In this document: positions 1-12,077 of the stretch, one piece after another
Layout of the letters: each line of letters starts with the position of its first letter
How positions within the stretch are numbered: the first letter of the stretch is position 1
Source: the human T2T-CHM13v2.0 reference genome, Homo sapiens
Length of the DNA: 64,000 bases
Strand: one strand, 5' to 3'
Assembly (NCBI RefSeq): GCF_009914755.1
Contig: NC_060944.1
Translations under genes and position numbers: made by a program
Notes under the pieces: generated by a model
Seen by the model: only the letters and a program-made list of their open reading frames with translations
The model's database searches: none
Told to the model about the DNA's origin: nothing

Positions 1-323
1 TTGTCCTCAATAATTGCTCTCAATAATTGTCAGCTATTATTAATAATAATCATAATCACAAAAATGTATGACTCAAAGAAAGATTCCTACTTCATACAGC
101 TTGCCAAAAGAATATCAGACATTGGACCTGTGAAAGGAATGACATTGAGATTTATTTTCACATCGCTAAGTTGGTTTTTTCTTTGCCATTCAATTTCTGC
201 AGTCCCCACTCTAAGTCCATGGTCCACCTTTTTATTTTTCCTTCTAAGATGTCTTCCCTTCTTGTAAGATTTTCTTTGCCTTAAGAAGGGCCCTTTTCAT
301 CCACCCACTCTTTTACCCTTCCC

Positions 324-610
324 AGAAGTTGGTTAATGGGCACAAAAATACAGTTAGATGGAAGGAACAGAAGAAGTTCTAGTGTTCAATAACACAAAAG
401 GGTGATGATCGTTAACAATAACTTATTATACATTTCAAAATGGCTAGAGGAAAGATATGGAATTTTCCTAACACAAATAAATGATAAATATTTGAGGTGA
501 TGGATATGCAAATTATCTTGATTTGATCAGTGCACATTGTATGCATGTATCAAAATATCACATGTACCCTAGAAATAATTATAATTGTAATGTATCAATA
601 AAAACAAAAA
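324..610 (+). mobile_element. L1MA-type LINE-1 3' UTR fragment
   Basis: Typical L1MA 3' end (ttggttaatggg..aaaatacagttagat..gaggtgatggatatgc..tatcacatgtaccc..tatcaataaaaac) ending in an A-rich tail. Confidence 0.75.
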
Positions 611-1779
611 GGGCTTATTTCTCTTTCCTTCCTCCCAGCATTCCCTCCTATCCCAGATATGTGTTGCTCCTGGGGCTCTCTTGCCCCACGTTCAGTCAGC
701 ACTGAGCCAGCAGGAAGGATTTCACAGGTCATATCCTGAGATCAACCCTCCACCCCTTCAGGTAATGATCCTCCTGCTCTTAATCATTTATATCCTTTGG
801 TTCATAGATATTTTGAGTCAAGTGCCTTCTAACCGCTGAGCTACATAATATTCCTTGGTTTTTAAAGAAAATACAAAGTGGATTTTAGCAACAATCTTGA
901 GTCATCACAGAAGCTAATGAAGTTGGGGATTCCATGAAGCCATCCAAGCACATAAATCCCATTTCCTGGGTCCCTTTTCCTTAGCTCAAGGCCACAAAAA
1001 TCAGAACATGAATTCCAGCCCATATTTGCATTATGTCTAAATAATTATGAATTATAAATGAAGCTAAAAAAAGCTAAATATGTTCTATTCTTCTACTTCA
1101 ATAACTATACCGCCATAATAACCCACAAGGTCAAAGTCCAGTGTAGAATTCTCTGAGTTCTTGGTGCTCTGCATGGGAATGTGGTAGTAAAGGGAGAGCT
1201 GATCCTCAGCCCCAGGCTACATTTTTTTCTTTCATCATAGCTAGCCTTGTCCTTACTTGAGAAGCCTTGCGTTCTCCTGTGTGGGGGACTCCCTAGGCCC
1301 CATGGAAGCTCCATCCGCAATTCTAACCCCTTCAGACAGCAGAGCCTTGGGCACCATTTGGACAAGCACAGTTTTCACTTTGAAATTGACCCAGGGAAGA
1401 GGCCATGCAGGCTCAGGTACATTTGGCCAGGGTCCTGAGTGTCCAGTGTGTGCCCTAGAAGAGAGGGTGAGAGCTCTGGGTGGGCCAGGGTACAGTCAGT
1501 GGAGGGCCAGAGAGGCACCTTCTCAAGCGCAGGATTCAGGGCGGGGGTCCTCTTGCCAAGATCGATGGCTATGATTCCTCCGTGCAATGACGACTGCATC
1601 ACGTCTTCTCAGCGCACCTTTCTTTCAGTCTCAGCCACCGTGGGGAGTTCCTTGGAAGCACAGGCTTCCCTTGTGCTGCCAGCAAACTCAAGCTACACTT
1701 TCCGCCCCGGGACATCTCCACTATTGTAGGGTTTTGCCTAAGCACAAATACAGCCCAGAAACACTTGCAGGTTAACAGC

Positions 1780-2048
1780 CTCAGGGGAAGACCTCAACCA
1801 GTGTGGGACAGGTGGGCAAATGCTCGAGGCTTGTGTTTCAGGTGGACAGTCCTGGATAACTTTCCAGAGCCTCTCGGAAGGTCCCGCATAAAAAAAGTCC
1901 ATGGGAGCAGCCTCAATGGCATTCTATTATTTTGGCTTTTTTTTCTTGCCTGGCTCACTCCTCCCACATCTCACTCTTGCTTCTTGGAATAACTGCCCAA
2001 ATAAATCATCCACACCCAAGTCTTTACTCCAGCTCTGCTTTCAGGGGT
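1780..2048 (+). mobile_element. Old ERVL-class LTR fragment (LTR33/LTR16-like), cut by Tigger1
   Basis: 3' motif cccaaataaa..cacccaagtc..ctctgctttcagggg resembles ERVL LTR ends; 5' boundary uncertain. Confidence 0.45.
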
Positions 2049-2133
2049 ACAGGCACACCTTGGAGATATTGCAGTCACCACAATAAGACGAATATCACAA
2101 TAGAGCAAGTCACATGAAATTTTTTGCGAGTCA

Positions 2134-2447
<314 letters not shown>

Positions 2448-2982
2448 GTTGTGTTTAAACTACTGTAGTCAATTAAGTGTGCAATAGCATTATGTCTAAA
2501 ATATAATGTATATACCTTACTTTGAAAATACTTGATTGCCAATAAATGCTAACCATCATCTGGGCCTTCAGCAAGTCATAATCATTTTGCTGGTGGATGG
2601 TCTTGTCTCAGTGTTGATAGCTACTGACTGATCAGGGTGATGGTTGCTGAGGGCTGGAGAGGGTGTGGCAATTTCTTAAAATAACATGACAGGGAAGTTT
2701 GCCGCGTTCACTGACTCTTGCTTTCACAAAAGATTTCACTGTAGCATGCTACGCAGTTTGGTAGCATTTTACCCACAGTAGAATTTATAGCAAAACTAGA
2801 CCCAATCCTCTCAAACCCTGCCACTCCTCTGTCAACTAAGTTTGTGGAATATTCTAAGTCCTTTGTCGTTCTTTCCACAATGTTCATGGCATCTTCACCA
2901 GGAGTAGATTCCATCCCAAGAAACCACTTTCTTTGCTCATTCATAATAAGCAACTCCTCATCCATTAAGATTGCAGCAATCT

Positions 2983-3294
<312 letters not shown>

Positions 3295-3615
3295 TCACAT
3301 CTTCACGCTCCACTTTTAATACTAATCCTCTTGCTATCTTCACCACATCTGTGGTTACTTCCTCTGCTAATGTCTTGAACCCCTCAAAGTCATTTATGGG
3401 GGTTAGAATCAACTTCTTCCAAACTCCCATTAATGCTGCTATTTTTACCTCCTCTGGTGAATCATGAATGTTCTTAGTGGCATCTACAATAGTGAATCCA
3501 TTTATAGAGCACGGGTAGAGTAGATTTAGCATAATTCTTAAGATGTGCCCTAGGATTTATGGAATGGCAAATGAGCATTGGCTTGTAATAAGAGAGTCAG
3601 TCTGTCCTTTAAATC

Positions 3616-3908
3616 TTTTTTTTTCTCGTGAGATAAGGTCTCACTCTGTTGCCCAGGCTGGATTGCAATGGCATGATCTTGGCCCACTTCAGACTTGACC
3701 TCCTTGACTCAAGCAATCCTCCCACCTCAGACTCCTGAGTAGCCAGACTAGTAGCATGCACCACCATACATGACTTATTTTTTTTTTATTCATTTATTTT
3801 TGGTTAGAGACAGGGTTTTACCATGTTGCCCAGGCTGGTCTCAAACTCCTGAGCTCAAGCTATTCTCCCACTTCAGCCTCCCAGAGACATGAGCCACCCT
3901 GCCTGGCC
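3616..3908 (-). mobile_element. AluJ-like element
   Basis: Antisense Alu (poly-T, ggtctcactctgttgcccaggctgg ... gagccaccctgcctggcc), diverged. Confidence 0.88.
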
Positions 3909-4363
3909 TCTAAATTCATCTTATGTGGACTGATTTTCATGGTCAAAATGTCCTGAATTGACTGTGGCCTGTTGGGAGGTGGGATGGAGGAAACTACTTA
4001 TGGAAATTGAAGAAGGGAAGCACACCAGAAGCAAGAAAGTGTCATCGATTTTTACATCAAGGACTCCATGGTAAAGAGAAAGAACAGGTAGCCTGTTTTT
4101 GTGGCTGACCATTGGACTGCGGACTGCACCTGCATCTACCAGGTTCTTCTGGATAGTCCCAGTTTTAAATTTTTGACCTGGCATTCATGAACACAGTGCT
4201 ACTGGTCAGACCTTTGTCCAGGTTTAAGCTTCAGAAAATAATTTCTTCATGCAGTGGGAGGCCTGGTTAGGGTTATGATTCTGCCCTGGGGCATCTGACC
4301 CTTCAGACCTGGAGGTAAACTTGGCATCTACAATTTACCTCCACATTTGAACAGCCAAGGATG

Positions 4364-4508
4364 GGCTGAGCACAAAGGCTCACATCTGTAACTCCAACAC
4401 TTTGGGAGGCCAAGGCGGGAGGATCGCTTGAGGCCAGGAGTTGTAGACCAGCCTGGGCAATATAGTGAGACCTTGTCTCTGTAAAAACAAACAAACAAAC
4501 AAACAAAA
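4364..4508 (+). mobile_element. Free left Alu monomer (FLAM-C-like) with (AAAC)n tail
   Basis: Single monomer flanked by TSD ccaaggatg (4355-4363 and 4509-4517). Confidence 0.85.
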
Positions 4509-4722
4509 CCAAGGATGCGTGGGTGGCAGGGAGCAGTTCAACATGGGAAACCATTAATCTGAGAGCTGGAAGGACCCTTAGACCAGCCCCCTATTAACAG
4601 ATGAGACTGCCCTGGGATTATAGCCTAAGGTAATGCATTGAACTTTTCTAGAGATTTGAAAATAAACAATCCTAAAACCCCCAAGCATACTGCTACTCTT
4701 TGCTATTGAATAGTGCTTTCTA

Positions 4723-5035
<313 letters not shown>

Positions 5036-5256
5036 CTACAAGCAAGGGGTTACTTTGTACTGGGAACTGGTGTGAAGGGATCCACCATGTGTCAGTTTTT
5101 GGATTGATGACAGTTATTTCCAGATCATGGAAGTGGGAATGCTTGTTGATAATCTTCTATGTTCTTTGTTATATTGATTGATTTTTTAAAAAAGCTAGCA
5201 TTTTTATAACAATAAAGTCATAAAAATAAGTAACTAAAATAAAGTAAAATAATCTA

Positions 5257-5563
<307 letters not shown>

Positions 5564-6526
5564 TCTAAATGTAATTGAATTGAATATTTAAACTTTTAAT
5601 TGACATTTCAATTTAGATTCTAATTCCATTTAAAAGAGCATCTCATAGAAGCAAATGTACTCATTTATGATAACTCTGTGGTTTCATTTAAGCAATTTGT
5701 TTTGTGAAGGGACACAAATCCAACCAGATTTTAACAGTTTATAAATATGTATTTATTAATTTAATTACAATGACAATACTCTCAACTCCCCATTTGAATA
5801 AAGGAGAGCATCTGATCTGTGTTCTGGGACAGCGTGCACTGTAGGTGTGTGGAAATACCGATGCCCTTAGCTGTGTGGCAGGCTCAGTGGGACCTGGAGT
5901 GCAGGAGCCCCTGGGTCATTCACCTCTGACCACAAAAGTCGTTGTCCATTTACCCCCAACTGCTATAGAAATACTATTTTCAGTGGTTGTTATGATGCAA
6001 AAGAAAAGATGCAGGGAGATTTATTAAACCTTTACATATAAGTTATGTTAGTAAATAAAGTCTACTTTCTTCTGGCTTAACTAAAAAATCTTTACTAGTA
6101 TTTATGCATTTTGGAAAATAAAGATGCCAATTTAAATATTATGAAGCAAAGCAATTGATTATTAGTTAAGACAGCCAAGTACAACTGCAGAGTTGTAGAG
6201 GTTATGTGTTACATGTATAAGAATATTTCATAGCAATATTTTAAGACTCTGTGAAGACACTCCACAGTGAAGCAGAAATTAGAACAGAATTAATAATACT
6301 GTGTATGCTCTCAGTTCAACAATTTATCAAAACTAGCTTTGTAATTCAGGAGGCTGTCTGCTCTTTTGCAATTGGAAGAAAAGAAATAACATTTTATTTT
6401 TCAACTCTTTAGATTTTCTTCATTAAGTGTATTTCCAAAGCTAAGTAAGGGAGTTGCCAGTAGCACCAAGAGAAAAAAGCAGTCTTGAGCAGCTTTTAAA
6501 AATTGGTCTTAAAATATGGAAAATGG

Positions 6527-6825
6527 AGCCAGGTGTGGTGGCTCACTCTTGTGATCCCAGCACTTTGAGAGCCTGAGGTGGGAGGATTGCTTGAGGATGA
6601 AAGTTTGAGACCAGCCTGGGCAGCATAGCAAGATCCCCATCGTTACAAAAATAATATATATATATTTTTAAAATTAGCTGGATGAGGTGGTGCGTGCATT
6701 AGAGTCCCAGTTACTTGAGAGGCTGAGGTAGGAGGAGTTCTTGAGCCCAGCAGTTCAAGTCTGCAGTGAGCTACGACTGCACCAGTCCTCAAGCCTGGGC
6801 AACAAAGTCAGACCCTGTCTCTCTC
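6527..6825 (+). mobile_element. AluJ-like element
   Basis: Diverged Alu dimer; TSD atatggaaaa at about 6513 and about 6958 encloses both the Alu and the TA tract. Confidence 0.88.
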
Positions 6826-6889
6826 TATATATAAAGATATATATAATATCCATATATATATATATATCCATATATATATATATACACAC

Positions 6890-6946
<57 letters not shown>

Positions 6947-6961
6947 CATATATATATATAT
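6826..6961. repeat. (TA)n microsatellite, interrupted
   Basis: About 135 bp of TA with CC/CA interruptions. Confidence 0.97.
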
Positions 6962-6969
6962 GGAAAAGG

Positions 6970-7693
6970 GAAGGGGCCAAAATATCAAAGACATTATTGA
7001 AGAAGAGGAAAGATTTGTGCTGGCAAATATCAGAACTTTTATAAAGCTACAGCAGTTAAGACAGTGTGGTCCTCACTGATAAACTGACTAATTAAACAGA
7101 ATAGAGAGTTCCCAAACAAATCTCCACAAATTTAATCTTTGATATGTGATGTAGGTGACATGGCAGATCAGCAAGGAAAGAAAGGACTTTTCAATAAATA
7201 GAATAGAAAAATAATGGTTATTGATATAAGAAACAAAATGAAATTATATTCCTGCCTTGCTCTATATACAAACATTAAATTCCAGAGGACCAAAGACTTA
7301 CATGTCAGAAACAAAACTTCAAAACTTTTAGTAGATAATGTAAGTGAATGAGACACAAAAAGCCATTTAACTATTAAAAAAGATTAGACATTTTGACTAT
7401 CACAAAATTAAGAACTTTTTACATCAAAAAGTGGAAAGATAAGCTGGGCACAGTGTCTCAATCCTGTAATCCCAACAGTACATCACCTGAGGTCAGGAGT
7501 TTGAGACCAGGCTGGCCAACATGGTGAAATGCCATCTCTCCTAAAAATACAAGAAATTAGCTTGGCATTAGTGGCAGACACCTGTAATCCCAGCTACTTG
7601 GGAAGCTGAGGCACGAGAATCGTCTGAACCCAGGAGATGGAGGTTGCAGTGAGCCACTGCACTCCAGCCTGAATAACAGAGCTAGACTCTGTC

Positions 7694-7724
<31 letters not shown>

Positions 7725-8015
7725 ATTAAAAAATAAAAGTAAAAAAGTGAAAAGATAAACTATAAATTAGAAGATATTTGCGGTACCTAAAACCTATGAA
7801 AGATTACAATCAGATCAACTAAGTATAAGGAGCTCCTATGAATTAATTTTAAAAATAGAAACCCAACAGAAAATTTGGAAAAGACATCAATAGGGATTTC
7901 TCAAAAGAGAAAGCACGCAAAATGTAAAAAAATTTCTCAACCTCATTAGTAATCAGGAAAATGCACAAGATACTACACATCTATTCTCCCCACAATTATT
8001 AAGAAGTTTGACAAT
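6970..8015 (+). mobile_element. Ancient L1M (L1ME-like) ORF2 3' fragment, interrupted by an Alu
   Basis: ataaagctacagcagttaagacagtgtggt, aacagaatagagag, tcaacctcattagtaatcaggaaaatgca are degenerate L1 ORF2 motifs. Confidence 0.7.
7443..7740 (+). mobile_element. AluS element with internal deletions
   Basis: Alu with long poly-A; TSD aaaaagtggaaagataa / aaaaagtgaaaagataa. Confidence 0.9.
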
Positions 8016-8021
8016 ATAAAA

Positions 8022-8519
8022 TGTATTAGTCCACATTCGCAGTGCTGATGAAGACATACCTGAGACAGGGAAGAAAAAGAGGCTTAATTGGATTTAGGGT
8101 TTCACATGGTTGAGGAGGCCTCAGAGTTATGGCAGCGGGTGAACAGCACTTCTTACATGGCAGTGGCAAGAGAATATGAGAAGGAGGCAAAAGAAGCAAA
8201 AGACGAAACCCCTAATAATCCCATCAGATCTTGTGAGATTTATCCACTATCAAAAGAATAGCATGGGAAAGACCGGCCCCAAAGATTCAACTACCTCCGT
8301 CTGGTTCCCTCCCTGAACACGTAGGAATTCTGAGCAATACAATTCAAGTTGAGATGTGGGTAGGGACATAGTCAAACCATGTTTTTCCACTCCTGGACCC
8401 TCCAAATCTCATGTCCTCTCCAAATCTCATGTCCTCACGTTTCAAAACTTATTACGCCTTCCCAACAGTACCCGAAAGTCTTAACTCATTTCAGCATTAA
8501 CCCAAATGTGCACTGTCCA
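8022..8519 (-). mobile_element. THE1 (THE1A-like) MaLR 3' LTR plus about 135 bp of internal sequence, truncated
   Basis: tgtattagtcc..gctgatgaagacatacctgagac..aattcaagttgagat..aaaccat (LTR to about 8384), then THE1-int (ctccaaatctcatgtcctcac..tcttaactcatttcagcattaaccc). Confidence 0.88.
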
Positions 8520-10788
8520 CTGGGCACAAGCATGAACACCACCGTTTGTTGCACCGTCGCCCCATATGCCTCCGGTGACACACAATCACACCATCTGCTC
8601 TGGGATACACCAGTACCACGCCTGGCCGCATGGTCTCCACCTCGGATTCACCCCAGTTCCTGTTTGCTCATGTCCTGTAAAGCACTCTCGGCTTTCCGGA
8701 GGCCCAGAGCTTTTAGAAGCAGGGCAGGCCACTGCTCTTTCAAAGGAGGAGGGAGGCAGAGGGCTGATGGATCAGTGAATTTTCAACTGACAACAAGCCT
8801 TGAGACTCATGGGATCGATTTGTGCTGCAGCGAGGCCCTGCCTGCCTCATCAGGTGTGGTGAGCCCATCCTATCTCACTCGGAAGGGGCCAAAATCAGAT
8901 CTGAAGGGGAGTCCGGAGAACACAGCAGACGTCCTGAAGCTCCCCCTCCCTCGGTGGAAGTCTGCTCAAGGAGGTCCTGAGGACAGGACTCCTGGGAGTT
9001 TCGTGCTTGGAAAGGACCCCCGTGGCCCCCTCTCAAACGCCACCCCCAACTGGACCCCGGATGCAGCCACCACCGTGGCTGCAGGAGGAGACTCGCTGCC
9101 GCCAAGCAGCGGTGGACTAATTTAAAGGGGATGCAGCCTGAGCAGCCTCATCCTGAGCGGCCTGTTTTCTAGGATCAAGATGAACACACTGCAGCCGAGG
9201 ACAAGAGCCCCACAGGAGCTCTTTGTCCTGCAGGAGAGTAGCGGACCCACGTCAGAGAAGATGGTTGTATCTTTTCACAGCTCTTCTCTGAGAAATGAAG
9301 CCACACCACGATACAGTCTGGAAGAGGAAGCCGGGAATGGGAGATGGCAACAATCCCTGTCACTGGAACGCTGGCCTCTCTGGACAAGCCACCCTTTTGG
9401 AACCCCACCCCTTAGGCCAGTGGTGGTGGCACAGTGCTGTATCCTGCCTGGGCTCCAGGCACTGGCCTCTGCTCTGTCCTCCCTCTTGCTGTGCCTCCCC
9501 TGTTTCTCAGGGGCCTGGATGCCTCTCGCTCTGGCCAAATGTCTTCAACGAAGATGACTGCCTAGTCCGTCAGGGAGACACTTCCTGGAGATCCGTGTCA
9601 TGATTGCTTCCTCTCCAAACGTGTTTCTGCTTGATTGGGGAGGTCTCATGACCCTGGAGCTCTTGGCTTCCATACGTGTCTCAGACAGAGGAGTTACCTT
9701 CTTCTCCACGTTTCCCCTCATGGGTGGGTGGATTGCCTAGAAGGAGCGCTAGGCGACCATGACTGGCCTTGTCTCCTAGGACAAGTGGTGTCGCGTTTCC
9801 TCTGCACTTCCTGTCTCATTCTTGAGGGACATCCTCTCCTCTGCTCCTGGGTGGGCTGACTCCCTTGATCTTCTGGCCCAAACGAATGTCAGGGAACCAA
9901 AGGGACTGGGCTGTGGCTGGGGCTGGGGCTGGGTGCAGGGGAAATTGTGTCAGGGCTACCAGGGCGGTGGAGGGTTGGGGGTGGGGCGAATTTTGCAGAA
10001 ACCTCTTTGCTCCTCTGGTAGGCATTTGAAAATGTGGCTTGGGTCAGGCCCAGGCCCACCCAACCCCCGGGTCCCAGGTGTTCTGTGATTTTCCTTGGCA
10101 TTGAAGGAAAAGTCTCTTGTTCCCCCCTTCCACAGGCACATGCCTGGACTCCACCGTTTGTTTCGCCGTCACCCCATATGCCTCCGGTGACACACATTCA
10201 CACCATCTGCTGTGGGATACGCCAGTGCCACGCGTGGTCTCATGGTCTCCACCTCGGATTCACCCCTCTTCCTGTTTGTAGATGTCCTGTAAAGCGCGGT
10301 GGGCTTTCCAGAGCCCCAGGGCTTTGAGAAGAAGGAAAGGCCACTGCTCTTTCAAAGGAGGAGGGAGGCAGAGGGCTGATGGATCAGTGAATTTTCAGCT
10401 GACGCTACGCCTTGAGATCTATGGGATCATTCTGTGCTGCAGCGAGACCCTGCCTGCCTCACAGGATGTGGTGAGCCCATCCTATCTCACTCGGATGGGC
10501 CCAAATCTGATCTGAAGGGGAGTCCCGAGAACAGAGCAGGCGTCCTGAAGCTCTGGCTCCCTCGTTGGAAGTCAGCTCAAGGAAATCCTGAGGACAGGAC
10601 TCCTGGGGGTTTGGCCCTGGGACAGGACACCCTCGGCCCCCTCTCCCACGCCGCCCCAATCTGGACCCCGGATCCAGCTGCCGCCAGGGCTGCAGGAGGA
10701 GCCTCGCTGTCGCTGCCACCGCTGCGCGGAGGCGTTACTTAAAGGGGACGCAGCCTGACTGCCAGGAGCAGAGGGCGAGTCAGAGCAG

Positions 10789-10804
10789 CCAATGCGCATG
10801 CGCG
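10789..10804 (+). promoter_or_regulatory. CCAAT box abutting a perfect NRF1 palindrome (TGCGCATGCGCG)
   Basis: Sequence agccaatgcgcatgcgcg in a CpG-rich context; motif match only. Confidence 0.5.
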
Positions 10805-11231
10805 AGGCACAAGCGGTTTCTCCCGTCACAATGCTTCCCGCCGTTGTCTTAGAAACCAGTCCCTGAGGCTTGGCAGAGCAGGAGCCCTCCGTGGCAGTGC
10901 TTGGGTGTCGGGGCTCTGAGGCTCTGGCCTGACCTCTCCACGGGGTCGACGGGAACGTCTCCGGATGCCAGGGGTCGCAAAGGGCCGACCAGGTTGAGGA
11001 AACCCCAGGAGGAGTCCGCGGGAAGCAGCATGGCATCCCAGCCTCAGGCCTGCCCAGACGGTGTTGGGGTGAGTCTCCCCAAAAGTCATGCCGCCGTGGT
11101 CTCGAGGACAGGTCGGCCTGCGTGCCACTGGGCTGCTCTGTCACCCGAGGGTCGTTCTCGTGGAAAGCAGAACCCGGCAGCCTCAGGGGTTGCCTGGGGG
11201 TGTGTGTTTCAATGCCTCTGCTCTATGATCC

Positions 11232-11306
11232 TGTGTGTGTGTCTGTGTGTGTGTGTGAGTGTGTGTGTGTGAGTGTGTGTGTGTGAGTGTGTGTGTGTGT
11301 GTGTGT
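11232..11306. repeat. (TG)n microsatellite inside the SST1 unit
   Basis: tgtgtg tract with gagt interruptions, followed by a CT-rich tract. Confidence 0.95.
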
Positions 11307-12077
11307 CTGCCATTCTCTTTTCTCTCTTTGTCTCTCGGTCTCTGTGTGTTTCTTTCCCTCTCTCTGTCAGTCTGCATGTATGTCTCTGGCCGAATGCGCC
11401 CTGTGCGCCACAGAGCGATTTCTCGCATGTCGGCCTGTCTTTGGTGAGCCTCTTTCTGAGTCTCTGCCTGGGTCATGCAGCCGGTTGTCAATCGTCTTCG
11501 CCGCCGCGGACCCGCTTTGGGTGTGTGAAGGCCTGGCCCATGTGAGGAGATGCATCGGTCCCGGAGCAATTGAAATCTCATCCCCATCCTGAGCGGCATC
11601 TTTTCTAGGATCAAGATGAACACACTGCAGCCGAGGACAAGAGCCCCACAGGAGCTCTTTGTCCTGCAGGAGAGGAGCGGACCCAAGTCAGAGAAGATGG
11701 TTGTATCTTTTCACGGCTCTTCTCTGAGAAATGAAGCCACACCACGATACAGTCTGGAAGAGGAAGCCGGGAATGGAGACGGCAACAGTCCCTGTCACTG
11801 GAACACTGGCCTCTCTGGAGAATCCAGCCTTTTGGAACCCATCCCCTTATTCCCGTGGCGGTGTCACGGTGCTGTATCCTGCCTGGGCTCCAGGCTCCGG
11901 CCTCTGCTCTCTTCTCCCTCTTGCTATTCCTCTCCTGTTTCTCAGGGGCCTGGATGCCTCTCGCTCTGGCCAAATGTCTTCAACAAACATGACTTTCTAG
12001 TCTGTCAGGGAGACACTTCCTGGAGATCCGTGTCATGTTTTCTTCTCTCTCCAAACGTGTTTCTGCTTGAATGGGGA

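Noticed and set aside
1105-1775. Cluster of short ORFs in non-repeat-looking sequence
   Set aside because: No recognisable homology or consistent exon structure; a lncRNA exon cannot be excluded but is unsupported
8379-9125. 248 aa ORF
   Set aside because: Chimeric across the THE1-int/SST1 breakpoint, and the frame is broken in the second SST1 unit
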